Assembly (NCBI RefSeq): GCF_050920415.1 | Contig: NZ_CP169309.1 | Direction: 5' to 3' (one strand) | Origin: Escherichia coli | GTDB taxonomy: Bacteria > Pseudomonadota > Gammaproteobacteria > Enterobacterales > Enterobacteriaceae | Length of the DNA: 64,000 bases | Shown: one piece after another, positions 9,443 through 23,098 of the stretch | How positions within the stretch are numbered: the first letter of the stretch is position 1 | Layout: each line of letters opens with the position of its first letter | Notes under the pieces: model-generated | Seen by the model: only the letters and a program-made list of their open reading frames with translations | Told to the model about the DNA's origin: nothing | The model's database searches: none | Translations under genes and position numbers: made by a program

Positions 9443-10742
9443 TTACACTGGTGTGTTCAGCAAATCGTTAACGGCATCAGATGCCGGGTTACCTGCAGCC
9501 AGCGGTGCCGGTGCCCCCTGCATCAGACGATCCAGCGCAGTGTCACTGCGCGCCTGTGCACTCTGTGGTGCTGCGGCCAGAATGCGGCGGGCCGTTTCCA
9601 CGGTCATACCGGGGGTTTCTGCCAGCACGCGTGCCTGTTCTTCGCGTCCGTGAGCCTCCTCACAGTTGAGGATCCCCATAATGCGACTGTTTTCTGCCGC
9701 AACCGCTGCGGTGATCTGCGCGTTCACGTCCGGCTGCGCCGCGCTGGCGTTTTCGCCCTCCGTCGCTGGCACCACGTCAGTAACGTCAGCCTGCGAAGCA
9801 GTGGCTGAAACAGTTGTTGATTGAGTCTCTTTGGTCATTCGCCCTCCTGAGAGACGGGATTTACGTGCATCCAGTGCATCACGCATGACGGTGATCGCAT
9901 CGGTGCTGTTAACAAGTTCATCAGCCAGTCCGGCATCAATGGCCTCCTGACCGCTGTACACTGCAGCCTCGGTATCCAGCACAGCCTGCACGGACAGGCC
10001 GGTATATGCCGACACCTTCTGCGCAAACATCTGGCGGGTTGCGTCCATCCGGGACTGCAGTGTCTCCCGGACGTCATCCGGAAGATGGCTGTAGGGGTTG
10101 CCATCCACCTTATGGCTGCCGCTGTAAATCAGCGTGATTTCCACACCCTGTTTCTCCAGCGCAGCACCGTAATTACTGTGAGCCATCATGACGCCGATGG
10201 AGCCTGTCCGGGCGGTCTGCGTGACCAGACGCCGGGAGGCGGCACTGGCAAGCAGCTGACCTGCACTGCAGTTCATGTCGTTGGCCAGCGCCCATACCGG
10301 TTTTATGTCACGCACACGGGCGATGATGTCAGCGCAGTCAAATGCCCCCGCCACCATCCCGCCGGGCGTGTCCATATCGAGCAGAATGCCGTCCACCATC
10401 GGATCGCTGGCAGCCTGTTGCAGACGGGCGATAATGCCGTTGTAACCGGTCATCCCCGAATACGGCTGCAGCGCCCGCGTCCGGCTGACCAGCGTGCCGG
10501 AAACCGGCAGCACGGCGATGCCGTTCATGACCTGATAACTGCGGGCCTGTCGTGGTCCGTCATCATCACCGGATAACGCCAGCGTCGCGGGTGTCTCCGG
10601 GGCAGTCAGGCTGTCACCGGACACCGCATCTGTCAGGCGGCTGATCCCAAGCTGGCCTGCAAGCGCACAAAAGAAAACCCGCGCATAGGCGGGTTCAAGC
10701 ATCAGCGGCTCATTAAAGGCCATACTGGCAATATGCGGGAGA

Positions 10743-10762
<20 letters not shown>
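9443..10762 (-). CDS. C: head maturation protease/scaffold C (lambda gpC-like; Nu3 scaffold expected nested in-frame in its 3' part)
   Basis: Track ORF 9443-10897; product from the in-frame GTG at ~10760-10762 is 439 aa (VTAELRNLPHIASMAFNEPLMLEPAYARVFF...), overlapping the portal gene end as in lambda. Confidence 0.85.
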
Positions 10763-14443
<3,681 letters not shown>

Positions 14444-14469
<26 letters not shown>

Positions 14470-14989
14470 TCAGCAACCCCGGTATCAGTTCATCCAGCGC
14501 GGCTGCTTTGTTCATGGCTTTGATGATATCCCGTTTCAGGAAATCAACATGTCGGTTTTCCAGTTCCGGAAAACGCCGCTGCACCGACAGGGGGATCCCG
14601 TCGAGAATACTGGCAATTTCACCTGCGATCCGCGACAGCACGAAAGTACAGAATGCGGTTTCCACCACTTCAGCGGAGTCTCTGGCATTTTTCAGCTCCT
14701 GTGCGTCGGCCTGCGCACGCGTAAGTCGATGGCGTTCGTACTCAATAGTCCCTGGCTGGAGATCTGTCTCGCTGGCCTGCCGCAGTTCTTCAACTTCCCG
14801 GCGCAGCTTTTCGTTCTCAATTTCAGCATCCCTTTCGGCATACCATTTTATGACGGCGGCAGAATCATAAAGCACCTCATTACCCTTGCCACCGCCTCGC
14901 AGAACGGGCATTCCCTGCTCCTGCCAGTTCTGAATGGTACGGATACTCGCACCGAAAATATCAGCCAGCTGCTTTTTGTTGACTTCCAT
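14444..14989 (-). CDS. nu1: terminase small subunit Nu1 (lambda gpNu1-like)
   Basis: Track ORF 181 aa MEVNKKQLADIFGASIRTIQNWQEQGMPVLRGGGKGNE... (winged-HTH N-terminus). Confidence 0.95.
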
Positions 14990-14999
14990 TGTTCATTCC

Positions 15000-15200
15000 A
15001 CGGACAAAAACAGAGAAAGGAAACGACAGAGGCCAAAAAGCTCGCTTTCAGCACCTGTCGTTTCCTTTCTTTTCAGAGGGTATTTTAAATAAAAACATTA
15101 AGTTATGACGAAGAAGAACGGAAACGCCTTAAACCGGAAAATTTTCATAAATAGCGAAACCCCGCGAGGTCGCCGCCCCGTAACCTGTCGGATCGCCGGA
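15000..15200 (-). other. cos: cos site (cosB-cosN-cosQ); 12-nt cohesive-end sequence GGGCGGCGACCT present as reverse complement at ~15167-15178
   Basis: Reverse complement of 15001-15200 matches the lambda cos region as I recall it (GGGCGGCGACCTCGCGGG...TTTATGAAAATTTTCCGGTTTAAGGCGTTTCC...; other side ...CGGGTCCTTTCCGGCGATCCGACAGGTTACG); sits immediately upstream of Nu1. Confidence 0.8.
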
Positions 15201-15377
15201 AAGGACCCGCAAAATGATAATAATTATCATCTACATGTCACAACGTGCATCTACGCCATCAAACCACGTCAAATAATCAATTATGACGCAGGTATCGTAT
15301 TAATTGATCCGCATCAACTTAACGTAAAAACAACTTCAGACAATACAAATCAGCGACACTGAATACGGGGCAACCTC

Positions 15378-15572
15378 ATGTCAACGAAGAACAGAACCCG
15401 CAGAACAACAACCCGCAACATCCGCTTTCCTAACCAAATGATTGAACAAATTAACATCGCTCTTGATCAAAAAGGGTCCGGGAATTTCTCAGCCTGGGTC
15501 ATTGAAGCCTGCCGTCGGAGGCTAACGTCAGAAAAGAGAGCATATACATCAATTAAAAGTGATGAAGAATGA
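15378..15572 (+). CDS. ylcI: DUF3950-family small protein (DLP12 YlcI-like)
   Basis: Track ORF 64 aa MSTKNRTRRTTTRNIRFPNQMIEQINIALDQKGSGNFSAWVIEACRRRL...; recalled as YlcI-like, ribbon-helix-helix-like. Confidence 0.6.
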   Translation: MSTKNRTRRTTTRNIRFPNQMIEQINIALDQKGSGNFSAWVIEACRRRLTSEKRAYTSIKSDEE

Positions 15573-15736
15573 ACATCCCGCGTTCTTCCCTCCGAACAGG
15601 ACGATATTGTAAATTCACTTAATTACGAGGGCATTGCAGTAATTGAGTTGCAGTTTTACCACTTTCCTGACAGTGACAGACTGCGTGTTGGCTCTGTCAC
15701 AGGTTAAGTAGTTTGAATGATTAGCAGTTATGGTGA

Positions 15737-15943
15737 TCAGTCAACCACCAGGGAATAATCCTTCATATTATTATCGTGCTTCACCAACGCTGCCTCAATT
15801 GCCCTGAATGCTTCCAGAGACACCTTATGTTCTATACATGCAATTACAACATCAGGGTAACTCATAGAAATGGTGCTATTAAGCATATTTTTTACACGAA
15901 TCAGATCCACGGAGGGATCATCAGCAGATTGTTCTTTATTCAT
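15737..15943 (-). CDS. ybcW: hypothetical protein (DLP12 YbcW-like)
   Basis: Track ORF 68 aa [40 protein letters not shown]... Confidence 0.6.
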
Positions 15944-16186
15944 TTTGTCGCTCCATGCGCTTGCTCTTCATCTAGCGGTTAAAATATTACTTCAAATCTT
16001 TCTGTATGAAGATTTGAGCACGTTGGCCTTACATACATCTGTCGGTTGTATTTCCCTCCAGAATGCCAGCAGGACCGCACTTTGTTACACAACCAATACT
16101 ATTAATTGAAAACATTCCTAATATTTGACATAAATCATCAACAAAACACAAAGAGGTCAGACCAGATTGAAACGATAAAAACGATA

Positions 16187-16639
16187 ATGCAAACTACGCG
16201 CCCTCGTATCACATGGAAGGTTTTACCAATGGCTCAGGTTGCCATTTTTAAAGAAATATTCGATCAAGTGCGAAAAGATTTAAACTGTGAATTGTTTTAT
16301 TCTGAACTAAAACGTCACAATGTCTCACATTATATTTACTATCTAGCCACAGATAATATTCACATTGTGTTAGAAAACGATAACACTGTGTTAATAAAAG
16401 GACTTAAAAAGGTTGTAAATGTTAAATTCTCAAGAAATACGCATCTTATAGAAACGTCCTTTGATAGGTTGAAATCAAGAGAAATCACATTTCAGCAATA
16501 CAGGGAAAATCTTGCTAAAGCAGGAGTTTTCCGATGGGTTACAAATATCCACGAACATAAAAGATATTACTATACCTTTGATAATTCATTACTATTTACT
16601 GAGAGCATTCAGAACACTACACAAATCTTTCCACGCTAA
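16187..16639 (+). CDS. ybcV: DUF1398-family protein (DLP12 YbcV-like)
   Basis: Track ORF 16106-16639; start chosen at internal Met [32 protein letters not shown]... Confidence 0.6.
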   Translation: MQTTRPRITWKVLPMAQVAIFKEIFDQVRKDLNCELFYSELKRHNVSHYIYYLATDNIHIVLENDNTVLIKGLKKVVNVKFSRNTHLIETSFDRLKSREITFQQYRENLAKAGVFRWVTNIHEHKRYYYTFDNSLLFTESIQNTTQIFPR

Positions 16640-16929
16640 ATCATAACGTCCGGTTTCTTCCGTGTCAGCACCGGGGCGTTGGCATAATGCAATACGTGTA
16701 CGCGCTAAACCCTGTGTGCATCGTTTTTAATTATTCCCGGACACTCCCGCAGAGAAGTTCCCCGTCAGGGCTGTGGACATAGTTAATCCGGGAATACAAT
16801 GACGATTCATCGCACCTGACATACATTAATAAATATTAACAATATGAAATTTCAACTCATTGTTTAGGGTTTGTTTAATTTTCTACACATACGATTCTGC
16901 GAACTTCAAAAAGCATCGGGAATAACACC

Positions 16930-17223
16930 ATGAAAAAAATGCTACTCGCTACTGCGCTGGCCCTGCTTATTACAGGATGTGCTCAACAGACGTTTACTGT
17001 TCAAAACAAACAGACAGCAGTAGCACCAAAGGAAACCATCACCCATCATTTCTTCGTTTCTGGAATTGGGCAGAAGAAAACTGTCGATGCAGCCAAAATT
17101 TGTGGCGGCGCAGAAAATGTTGTTAAAACAGAAACCCAGCAAACATTCGTAAATGGATTGCTCGGTTTTATTACTTTAGGCATTTATACTCCGCTGGAAG
17201 CGCGTGTGTATTGCTCAAAATAA
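16930..17223 (+). CDS. bor: Bor lipoprotein (serum-resistance lysogenic conversion protein)
   Basis: Track ORF 97 aa MKKMLLATALALLITGCAQQTFTVQNKQTAVAPKET...; lipobox LITGC; opposite strand to late genes as in lambda. Confidence 0.85.
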   Translation: MKKMLLATALALLITGCAQQTFTVQNKQTAVAPKETITHHFFVSGIGQKKTVDAAKICGGAENVVKTETQQTFVNGLLGFITLGIYTPLEARVYCSK

Positions 17224-17254
17224 TTGCATGAGTTGCCCATCGATATGGTCAGCT

Positions 17255-17716
17255 CTATCTGCACTGCTCATTAATATACTTCTGGGTTCCTTCCAGTTGT
17301 TTTTGCATAGTGATCAGCCTCTCTCTGAGGGTGAAATAATCCCGTTCAGCGGTGTCTGCCAGTCGGGGGGAGGCTGCATTATCCACGCCGGAGGCGGTGG
17401 TGGCTTCACGCACTGACTGACAGACTGCTTTGATGTGCAACCGACGACGACCAGCGGCAACATCATCACGCAGAGCATCATTTTCAGCTTTCGCATCAGC
17501 TAACTCCTTCGTGTATTTTGCATCGAGCGCAGCAACATCACGCTGACGCATCTGCATGTCAGTAATTGCCGCGTTCGCCAGCTTCAGTTCTCTGGCATTT
17601 TTGTCGCGCTGGGCTTTGTAGGTAATGGCGTTATCACGGTAATGATTAACAGCCCATGACAGGCAGACGATGATGCAGATAACCAGAGCGGAGATAATCG
17701 CGGTTACTCTGTTCAT
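17255..17716 (-). CDS. Rz: spanin inner-membrane subunit Rz (i-spanin)
   Basis: Track ORF 17255-17728; contains [39 protein letters not shown]...; lambda Rz-like. Confidence 0.9.
   Translation of the reverse strand: MNRVTAIISALVICIIVCLSWAVNHYRDNAITYKAQRDKNARELKLANAAITDMQMRQRDVAALDAKYTKELADAKAENDALRDDVAAGRRRLHIKAVCQSVREATTASGVDNAASPRLADTAERDYFTLRERLITMQKQLEGTQKYINEQCR
17314..17496 (-). CDS. Rz1: spanin outer-membrane lipoprotein subunit Rz1 (o-spanin), embedded in Rz in the +1 frame
   Basis: Track ORF 60 aa [46 protein letters not shown]...; lipobox VVGC and Pro-rich segment. Confidence 0.85.
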   Translation of the reverse strand: MRKLKMMLCVMMLPLVVVGCTSKQSVSQCVKPPPPPAWIMQPPPDWQTPLNGIISPSERG

Positions 17717-18210
17717 TGCTGACCCCACAAACAGATTTCACGCTCAATCTCACGACGAGTCATGAGACCTTTCCATTGCTTACCGCCAGCATATGTCCAG
17801 CGACGTAGCTGATCACATGCGCCTTTGATATCGCCCTGGTTTATTTTGCGAAGAAGCGTCGATGTTCTGAAATTGCCAGCACCCACGTTGTAAACGAATG
17901 AGTAAAGAGCGCCGCGCATTGTTTCCGGTATATCGACTTTGATGTACGGGTTAATTTGTCTGGCGACCGTGGCAAGGTCTTTATTCAGGAGGGCTTTGCA
18001 TTCTGCTTTGGTATACGTTTTACCGAGCATGATGTCTTTTCCTGTATGCCCGTGACATACAGTCCATACACCAACAATATCTTTGTATGGTATGTAGCTG
18101 ACACCTTCCAGACCATCGTTACCACTTGGGCCAGTGATTAACACTGATGCTATAGCAATTGCTCCGCCACCAATAGCAGCAGCAACGGCTTTTCGTAATG
18201 ATGGAGGCAT
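17713..18210 (-). CDS. R: SAR endolysin (phage-21 R / DLP12 RrrD-type lysozyme)
   Basis: Track ORF 165 aa [44 protein letters not shown]...; N-terminal Gly/Ala-rich signal-arrest-release helix followed by a T4-lysozyme-like catalytic region. Confidence 0.85.
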   Translation of the reverse strand: MPPSLRKAVAAAIGGGAIAIASVLITGPSGNDGLEGVSYIPYKDIVGVWTVCHGHTGKDIMLGKTYTKAECKALLNKDLATVARQINPYIKVDIPETMRGALYSFVYNVGAGNFRTSTLLRKINQGDIKGACDQLRRWTYAGGKQWKGLMTRREIEREICLWGQQ

Positions 18211-18425
18211 TATTCACCTCTCGCAGCCTTGCGCTTATCTTCTTTAATCTTGAAATAAAGGTTTGTCAGGTACGTCAGCAGGCCAAATACCAGGCTACCC
18301 AGCACACCTATTGCTGCCCACTGTGAGGGCGTGACTTTATCGAGCAGCTGTAAAAACCAGTAACCGGCACTACCTGCTGAGGTGCCATAGGCGACACCCG
18401 TTGTTAACTTATCCATGGATTTCAT
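18210..18425 (-). CDS. S: pinholin (phage-21 S21 / DLP12 EssD-type holin)
   Basis: Track ORF 71 aa [71 protein letters not shown]; two TM segments and a charged C-terminus. Confidence 0.8.
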
Positions 18426-18532
18426 AACCCCACCTCGCAGACAAAGCGGGTGTAAATTGAGGGAATACTACGAAACGTAACAGACTCGGAGTCAGTGAAT
18501 AACTCAGGTATTGGGTTATCAGCTAATATCGA

Positions 18533-18570
18533 GACTCAAAAAATGGAAAAACCCGCTCGACGGCGGGTTT
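18533..18570 (-). terminator. putative rho-independent terminator on the late-gene strand, upstream of S
   Basis: Minus strand reads AAACCCGCCGTCGAGCGGGTTT followed by TTCCATTTTTTGAG (GC-rich stem plus T-run). Confidence 0.45.
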
Positions 18571-18998
18571 AAGCTGTGTGACGAAGTAACCACTCTTAAC
18601 AGCATAACCAATTTTTTACGTACGTAAACCACTAAATGATATTTGCGAGAATGCTACCGAGTATTGAAAACACCACTACAAATACATAAGCAAATCTCAA
18701 CAAATAACCAACAAATAATTTCCAGTGTTATTTTTAGCCGATTTAAATTGAACCTTCAAATTATAGAGCACTTATAAATAACAGCCGTTAATATAAATTG
18801 GCTAATAGATTTATTTTTATTCAGCCAAGAGCTATAAATAGGATTCGATAGAAAAAAGTTCAGATAAAAATAGAGATCTACTTCACAAATCAAACGAGAA
18901 ACCAAAACTTACATCTTGAAATAATCACATTGATTAGATGAATATTTATCGCGCAGTGACATCATTTTTTAATAATAGTTCAAAAAAAAGGGCTCACG

Positions 18999-20096
18999 AT
19001 GAAAAAATTAACAGTGGCAATTTCTGCTGTAGCTGCATCAGTACTGATGGCGATGTCTGCTCAGGCAGCTGAAATTTATAATAAAGACAGTAACAAGCTG
19101 GATCTGTACGGGAAAGTTAATGCTAAGCACTACTTCTCCTCTAATGATGCAGATGATGGTGATACTACTTATGCCCGTCTTGGCTTCAAAGGTGAAACCC
19201 AAATCAACGATCAGCTGACTGGTTTCGGTCAGTGGGAATATGAATTCAAAGGCAACCGCGCTGAATCTCAAGGTTCCTCCAAAGACAAAACCCGTCTTGC
19301 ATTTGCAGGCCTGAAATTCGGTGACTACGGCTCAATCGATTACGGCCGTAACTACGGTGTAGCATACGACATCGGTGCGTGGACTGACGTTCTGCCAGAA
19401 TTCGGTGGCGATACCTGGACCCAAACAGATGTGTTCATGACTGGTCGTACCACTGGTGTTGCAACCTATCGTAACAACGACTTCTTTGGTCTGGTTGATG
19501 GTCTGAACTTTGCTGCTCAGTACCAAGGCAAAAACGATCGTAGCGATTTCGATAACTACACTGAAGGTAACGGTGATGGCTTCGGTTTCTCTGCTACCTA
19601 TGAATACGAAGGATTCGGTATCGGTGCAACTTATGCGAAATCTGATCGTACCGACACTCAAGTTAATGCAGGGAAAGTTCTTCCTGAAGTATTTGCTTCC
19701 GGTAAAAATGCAGAAGTTTGGGCCGCAGGTCTGAAATATGACGCTAACAACATTTACCTGGCCACTACCTATTCTGAAACCCAGAATATGACTGTATTTG
19801 CTGATCACTTCGTTGCTAATAAAGCTCAAAACTTCGAAGCTGTTGCACAATATCAGTTCGATTTCGGTCTGCGTCCGTCCGTTGCTTACCTGCAATCTAA
19901 AGGTAAGGATCTTGGAGTATGGGGCGATCAGGACTTAGTCAAATATGTTGATGTAGGTGCAACCTATTACTTCAACAAAAATATGTCTACTTTCGTTGAT
20001 TACAAAATCAACCTGCTTGACAAAAATGACTTCACTAAAGCACTCGGTGTAAGCACTGATGACATCGTTGCTGTAGGTCTGGTTTACCAGTTCTAA
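18999..20096 (+). CDS. nmpC: outer membrane porin (NmpC/Lc-type general porin), apparently intact
   Basis: Track ORF 365 aa [46 protein letters not shown]...VGLVYQF; signal peptide and C-terminal aromatic residue typical of OmpC-family porins; lies between Q and S on the opposite strand as in DLP12/PA-2. Confidence 0.9.
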   Translation: MKKLTVAISAVAASVLMAMSAQAAEIYNKDSNKLDLYGKVNAKHYFSSNDADDGDTTYARLGFKGETQINDQLTGFGQWEYEFKGNRAESQGSSKDKTRLAFAGLKFGDYGSIDYGRNYGVAYDIGAWTDVLPEFGGDTWTQTDVFMTGRTTGVATYRNNDFFGLVDGLNFAAQYQGKNDRSDFDNYTEGNGDGFGFSATYEYEGFGIGATYAKSDRTDTQVNAGKVLPEVFASGKNAEVWAAGLKYDANNIYLATTYSETQNMTVFADHFVANKAQNFEAVAQYQFDFGLRPSVAYLQSKGKDLGVWGDQDLVKYVDVGATYYFNKNMSTFVDYKINLLDKNDFTKALGVSTDDIVAVGLVYQF

Positions 20097-20104
20097 TCTG
20101 ATTA

Positions 20105-20146
20105 CGAAAAAGATATGTTGCGGGAGGCTTTGCCTCCCCAACATAT
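20105..20146 (-). terminator. putative late terminator tR' (minus strand), also usable as convergent terminator for nmpC
   Basis: Palindrome ATATGTTGGGGAGGC-AAAG-CCTCCCGCAACATAT followed on the minus strand by CTTTTTCG; ~100 nt downstream of a promoter-like sequence after Q. Confidence 0.45.
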
Positions 20147-20233
20147 AAGTGGCTCCCTCAAGCCACTTCCTTTAGGAGCACAACCTTGCTTCTAACTATA
20201 TAAACCTTCTGTTATATATTACCCTTTATTTTT

Positions 20234-20259
20234 GGGGGCGTTGCAACGCCCCATTTTTA
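20234..20259 (+). terminator. putative rho-independent terminator on the plus strand downstream of nmpC
   Basis: GGGGCGTTGCAACGCCCC followed by ATTTTTAA. Confidence 0.5.
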
Positions 20260-20285
20260 ATAACTTTTAGTAAACAACTGGCATA

Positions 20286-20669
20286 TTAATTAGAGTTATT
20301 AACAACGATATCCATCTCTAACCGGATATCTAATGCCATTAACATCCCTTCAATTATACCCTCAGCCTTCTGTAACCTTTTCCCGATATAACCATCAGAG
20401 CAGCAATGCTTACCTGCCAGTGACATGAATGTCATACCGACTACATAATAATCTACTAATAAATCGTGCAAATCGCTGTTGTTCTTTTTCAGACGGGCCA
20501 TGCACCCGCAAATGATCATCGCGTCATCGTCACAACATTGCGGGCGAGATTTTACTTTTGAAGTAATTAATCCCTTAAAACCGGCGGCAATGGACGACCA
20601 GGTCACATCTTCATGATTATTAGCCGCCCACGCTCCCCAACGCTCAAGAACCATCTGAATATCACGCAT
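20286..20669 (-). CDS. Q: late-gene antiterminator Q (phage-82 / DLP12 QuuD type)
   Basis: Track ORF 20286-20684; contains [34 protein letters not shown]...[18 protein letters not shown]... (127 aa from this Met); Cys cluster consistent with a zinc-binding Q. Confidence 0.8.
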   Translation of the reverse strand: MRDIQMVLERWGAWAANNHEDVTWSSIAAGFKGLITSKVKSRPQCCDDDAMIICGCMARLKKNNSDLHDLLVDYYVVGMTFMSLAGKHCCSDGYIGKRLQKAEGIIEGMLMALDIRLEMDIVVNNSN

Positions 20670-20751
20670 CAACTTACTCCACAAAAATCAGACCAGAACG
20701 CCAATTACAAGCAAAAATCAACAAAATAGTATTAGTTGATTGTTATCTCTG

Positions 20752-20892
20752 ACTTCATACTCCTGCTCCTGTCAGGGTTTTGGCGTAATTCTTCAGTATC
20801 CGGTAATCGGTCAAAACAGAACCAGGAAAACGATATAAGCGCAGGCGCACCCAGCGGCGGCGAAGACGCTCTGCCATATAAGACTCAAACAT
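20752..20892 (-). CDS. ylcG: small DUF3927-like protein (DLP12 YlcG-like)
   Basis: Manual minus-strand translation [45 protein letters not shown]; start overlaps the rusA stop; below track size cutoff. Confidence 0.5.
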
Positions 20893-21254
20893 CATTCATT
20901 CCCCATTTCGGTGATGGTCAGTTCCAGCCTCCCACCTTTGGTAACAGGCATCTTCACAACGCGGTAATCAACGACCTGAGCATCATCCAGCCAGAAACCT
21001 GCTTTGGTGAGTGCGTCAAAAGCGGCCTTTTGCAGATTATCCAGGTCACGGCGACGGCGATCCGGCATGTGGCACTCAATACGGATTTTCACTGGCATAG
21101 CCAGGCCGATATCCAGCATTGCGTTTTTAATGATTCGGGTGACGTTATCGCGGTATGCCTGCCCTTCTGCGCTGATGTGTGTGCGCCCGCGATTATGGCG
21201 GTAATAGCGGTTATTGCTCGGAGGCCAGGGTAGTGTGATGTGGTAAGTATTCAC
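20892..21254 (-). CDS. rusA: Holliday junction resolvase RusA
   Basis: Track ORF 20892-21317; 120 aa from the GTG at 21252-21254 ([37 protein letters not shown]...); start overlaps the ybcO stop. Confidence 0.85.
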   Translation of the reverse strand: MNTYHITLPWPPSNNRYYRHNRGRTHISAEGQAYRDNVTRIIKNAMLDIGLAMPVKIRIECHMPDRRRRDLDNLQKAAFDALTKAGFWLDDAQVVDYRVVKMPVTKGGRLELTITEMGNE

Positions 21255-21541
21255 GCCTTGATTACCCCCTCTTTCAGCCAGATAACCTGCGTTCTCGCCA
21301 TACCTTCCAGCGCGCATTCTTTTGCGTACTCAGCATCGACAAAATGCGTGCGGCGGTCGATTTCGTCGTGACAGGCAGAACAGGCAATGGTGGCAATAAG
21401 GTCTGGCGGTTTAATACCGGTGCCGCACAATCCAGCCAGCCGGATATGTGCCAGTACAGACGTTTCAGGGTTGCCATTACATACGCCAGTGATTCTTACC
21501 TGGCATTCCCGACCACGCGCTGCTTTTCTCAAATCAGCCAT
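21251..21541 (-). CDS. ybcO: DUF1364-family protein (DLP12 YbcO-like, Cys-rich putative nuclease)
   Basis: Track ORF 21251-21580; start chosen at [35 protein letters not shown]... Confidence 0.7.
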   Translation of the reverse strand: MADLRKAARGRECQVRITGVCNGNPETSVLAHIRLAGLCGTGIKPPDLIATIACSACHDEIDRRTHFVDAEYAKECALEGMARTQVIWLKEGVIKA

Positions 21542-21704
21542 GATTCCTCCTTGCTGCCAGTCGCAACCATTTTTTATCAACCAGGCTAGCGGTATATCCG
21601 AGCAGTGTTGGTATTTCGGATGGCTTCAGCTCAGGCTTACGCTTACGACGATTTGGTACTCTGTAGATGTGTCCGTTCATGACACGAATAAGCGGTGTAG
21701 CCAT
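21534..21704 (-). CDS. ninE: NinE-like small protein
   Basis: Manual translation [56 protein letters not shown]; ATG overlaps the ybcN stop (TAATG); below track size cutoff. Confidence 0.6.
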   Translation of the reverse strand: MATPLIRVMNGHIYRVPNRRKRKPELKPSEIPTLLGYTASLVDKKWLRLAARRNHG

Positions 21705-22159
21705 TACGCCTCCTGCTTGTCGCGCAGCAGCTGGAACTCGCAGCTCTGCGGAATAGTCAGGTGGCAGCCAATATTCATCGCCCAGGCTTCAACCTTACAC
21801 AGGAAGACATACATCTCTCCGGTATCAAGATCGGAAGTATGGCGTAACGACTGGATAGTAGTGATTTCGCCGGTTACGACATCAACCAGGTCCTTGGTTT
21901 CATAACCGAGGTATGTGTGTTTGAGAGCATCTTTTACCCAAGCTGGAGTGGCGAACGTTTTACCCCTGCTGATGAGGTATTCACTGATTTCGCTGTACCA
22001 CATGTGGCTGAGTGCATTCTGGGAAAGACTGCGTTTCTCACGCCACGGTTTAAGCACCATGCGAAAGCATTTGCCTTCCTCCAGATAAGGCTGGATCTGC
22101 TGGCCGATAGCGGTGAAGTTACCACGATGCAATTTGATGCCGTCTTGTGGGAGGTTCAC
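21704..22159 (-). CDS. ybcN: NinB-position protein (DLP12 YbcN-like)
   Basis: Track ORF 151 aa, GTG start preceded by [47 protein letters not shown]... Confidence 0.75.
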   Translation of the reverse strand: MNLPQDGIKLHRGNFTAIGQQIQPYLEEGKCFRMVLKPWREKRSLSQNALSHMWYSEISEYLISRGKTFATPAWVKDALKHTYLGYETKDLVDVVTGEITTIQSLRHTSDLDTGEMYVFLCKVEAWAMNIGCHLTIPQSCEFQLLRDKQEA

Positions 22160-22193
22160 GCTTCACCTCCGCAGAGGTCAAACGCTGGATGCA

Positions 22194-22278
22194 AAAAATC
22201 GCAGGTGCATCTCTGCATCTGTGAAGGGAGAAGAGAGTTTGGATTGTATGTGCGCATAAACGTCCCCGTTTAGCGCAG
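22194..22278. repeat. ~85-bp direct repeat, copy A (partner at 24128-24211, ~93% identical)
   Basis: AAAAATCGCAGGTGCATCTCTGCATCTGTGAAGGGAGAAGAGAGTTTGGATTGTATGTGCGCATAAACGTCCCCGTTTAGCGCA; contains imperfect hairpin GCGCATAAACG-TCCCC-GTTTAGCGC. Confidence 0.75.
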
Positions 22279-22353
22279 AAGTCACCGGAGTTGTTCAAGC
22301 TCCAATGGCATGATTATGGCTGGTTGATTATTGGAAATCAAATGTGCTGAAAA

Positions 22354-22863
22354 TTAGTCTGCCAAGTCTTCCTCAGTCGCAACTGGGTAATTCCAAATAT
22401 CAAAAAAAGCTATAGCCTCCTGCCATTTGCTCCATAAGTTATCAAGTACTTGTGTAGGTTCCGTACTTTTAAAAACAGAATCAGCCGCATCACCGTTATG
22501 AACTTCCTCGTACAGTTCCATTATTAGCAGATTAACAAAGTACTGTTTCAACATTAATGCCTGATTACCTTCTTTCTGCTGGCTATCCTGCTTGATGAGC
22601 TCCATCGCCCGTACTAGGCACCTGATGATATCCGCTGCATCATTAACGCTCCATTCAGATCCGCGCTTATCTTTAGCTGATGAATTGGCTCTCTCAGCGC
22701 AAGCCTTTAAAGACTCATAAAGGTAAACTCTATTTTGTAGCTGCAGCGCTTTTTTTGACGTGCACCAACTTGCAAGCGCCGACCCCGCTGCGGCTAATGT
22801 GCCAAACGCAGAAATGCCTGCTGCTATTGCACTTAAGTCGGCACTGTCAAAGTTCCACATCAT
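22354..22863 (-). CDS. hypothetical protein with one N-terminal hydrophobic helix; no family recognised
   Basis: Track ORF 169 aa MMWNFDSADLSAIAAGISAFGTLAAAGSALASWCTSKK...; AT-rich upstream region; lies inside the repeat-bracketed cassette. Confidence 0.6.
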   Translation of the reverse strand: MMWNFDSADLSAIAAGISAFGTLAAAGSALASWCTSKKALQLQNRVYLYESLKACAERANSSAKDKRGSEWSVNDAADIIRCLVRAMELIKQDSQQKEGNQALMLKQYFVNLLIMELYEEVHNGDAADSVFKSTEPTQVLDNLWSKWQEAIAFFDIWNYPVATEEDLAD

Positions 22864-23036
22864 CGTTACACCTTATATAAACACCCCTCAGTAATATCCA
22901 ATAAGGTATGTGAACAATCAATATAATTTATATCCGTATCGGCACATAGCGATTTTAATGCTACTGATAATGGTATCTTTTAGATTATATCGTCCAGTTC
23001 CAGTACCCGTATTTTATGAAATGGACTCGCACATTA

Positions 23037-23078
23037 CCAAAAAAAATGCCAGCACTTCCGTCATCGCAGAATGCTGGC
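23037..23078 (-). terminator. putative rho-independent terminator downstream of the Bro-N-like gene
   Basis: Minus strand: GCCAGCA...TGCTGGC stem followed by ATTTTTTTTGG. Confidence 0.45.
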
Positions 23079-23098
23079 AGTATTTCTAACTAGTGACT

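Noticed and set aside
18426-18998. Possible IS element or disruption in or near the porin gene, as in the K-12 DLP12 nmpC locus
   Set aside because: No transposase ORF or terminal inverted repeats seen; the porin ORF is continuous (365 aa) with signal peptide and C-terminal aromatic residue, so the gene appears intact.
20736-21233. 165-aa plus-strand track ORF
   Set aside because: Lies antisense across ylcG and rusA, both supported by recognisable protein sequence and overlapping stop/start signals; no independent support.
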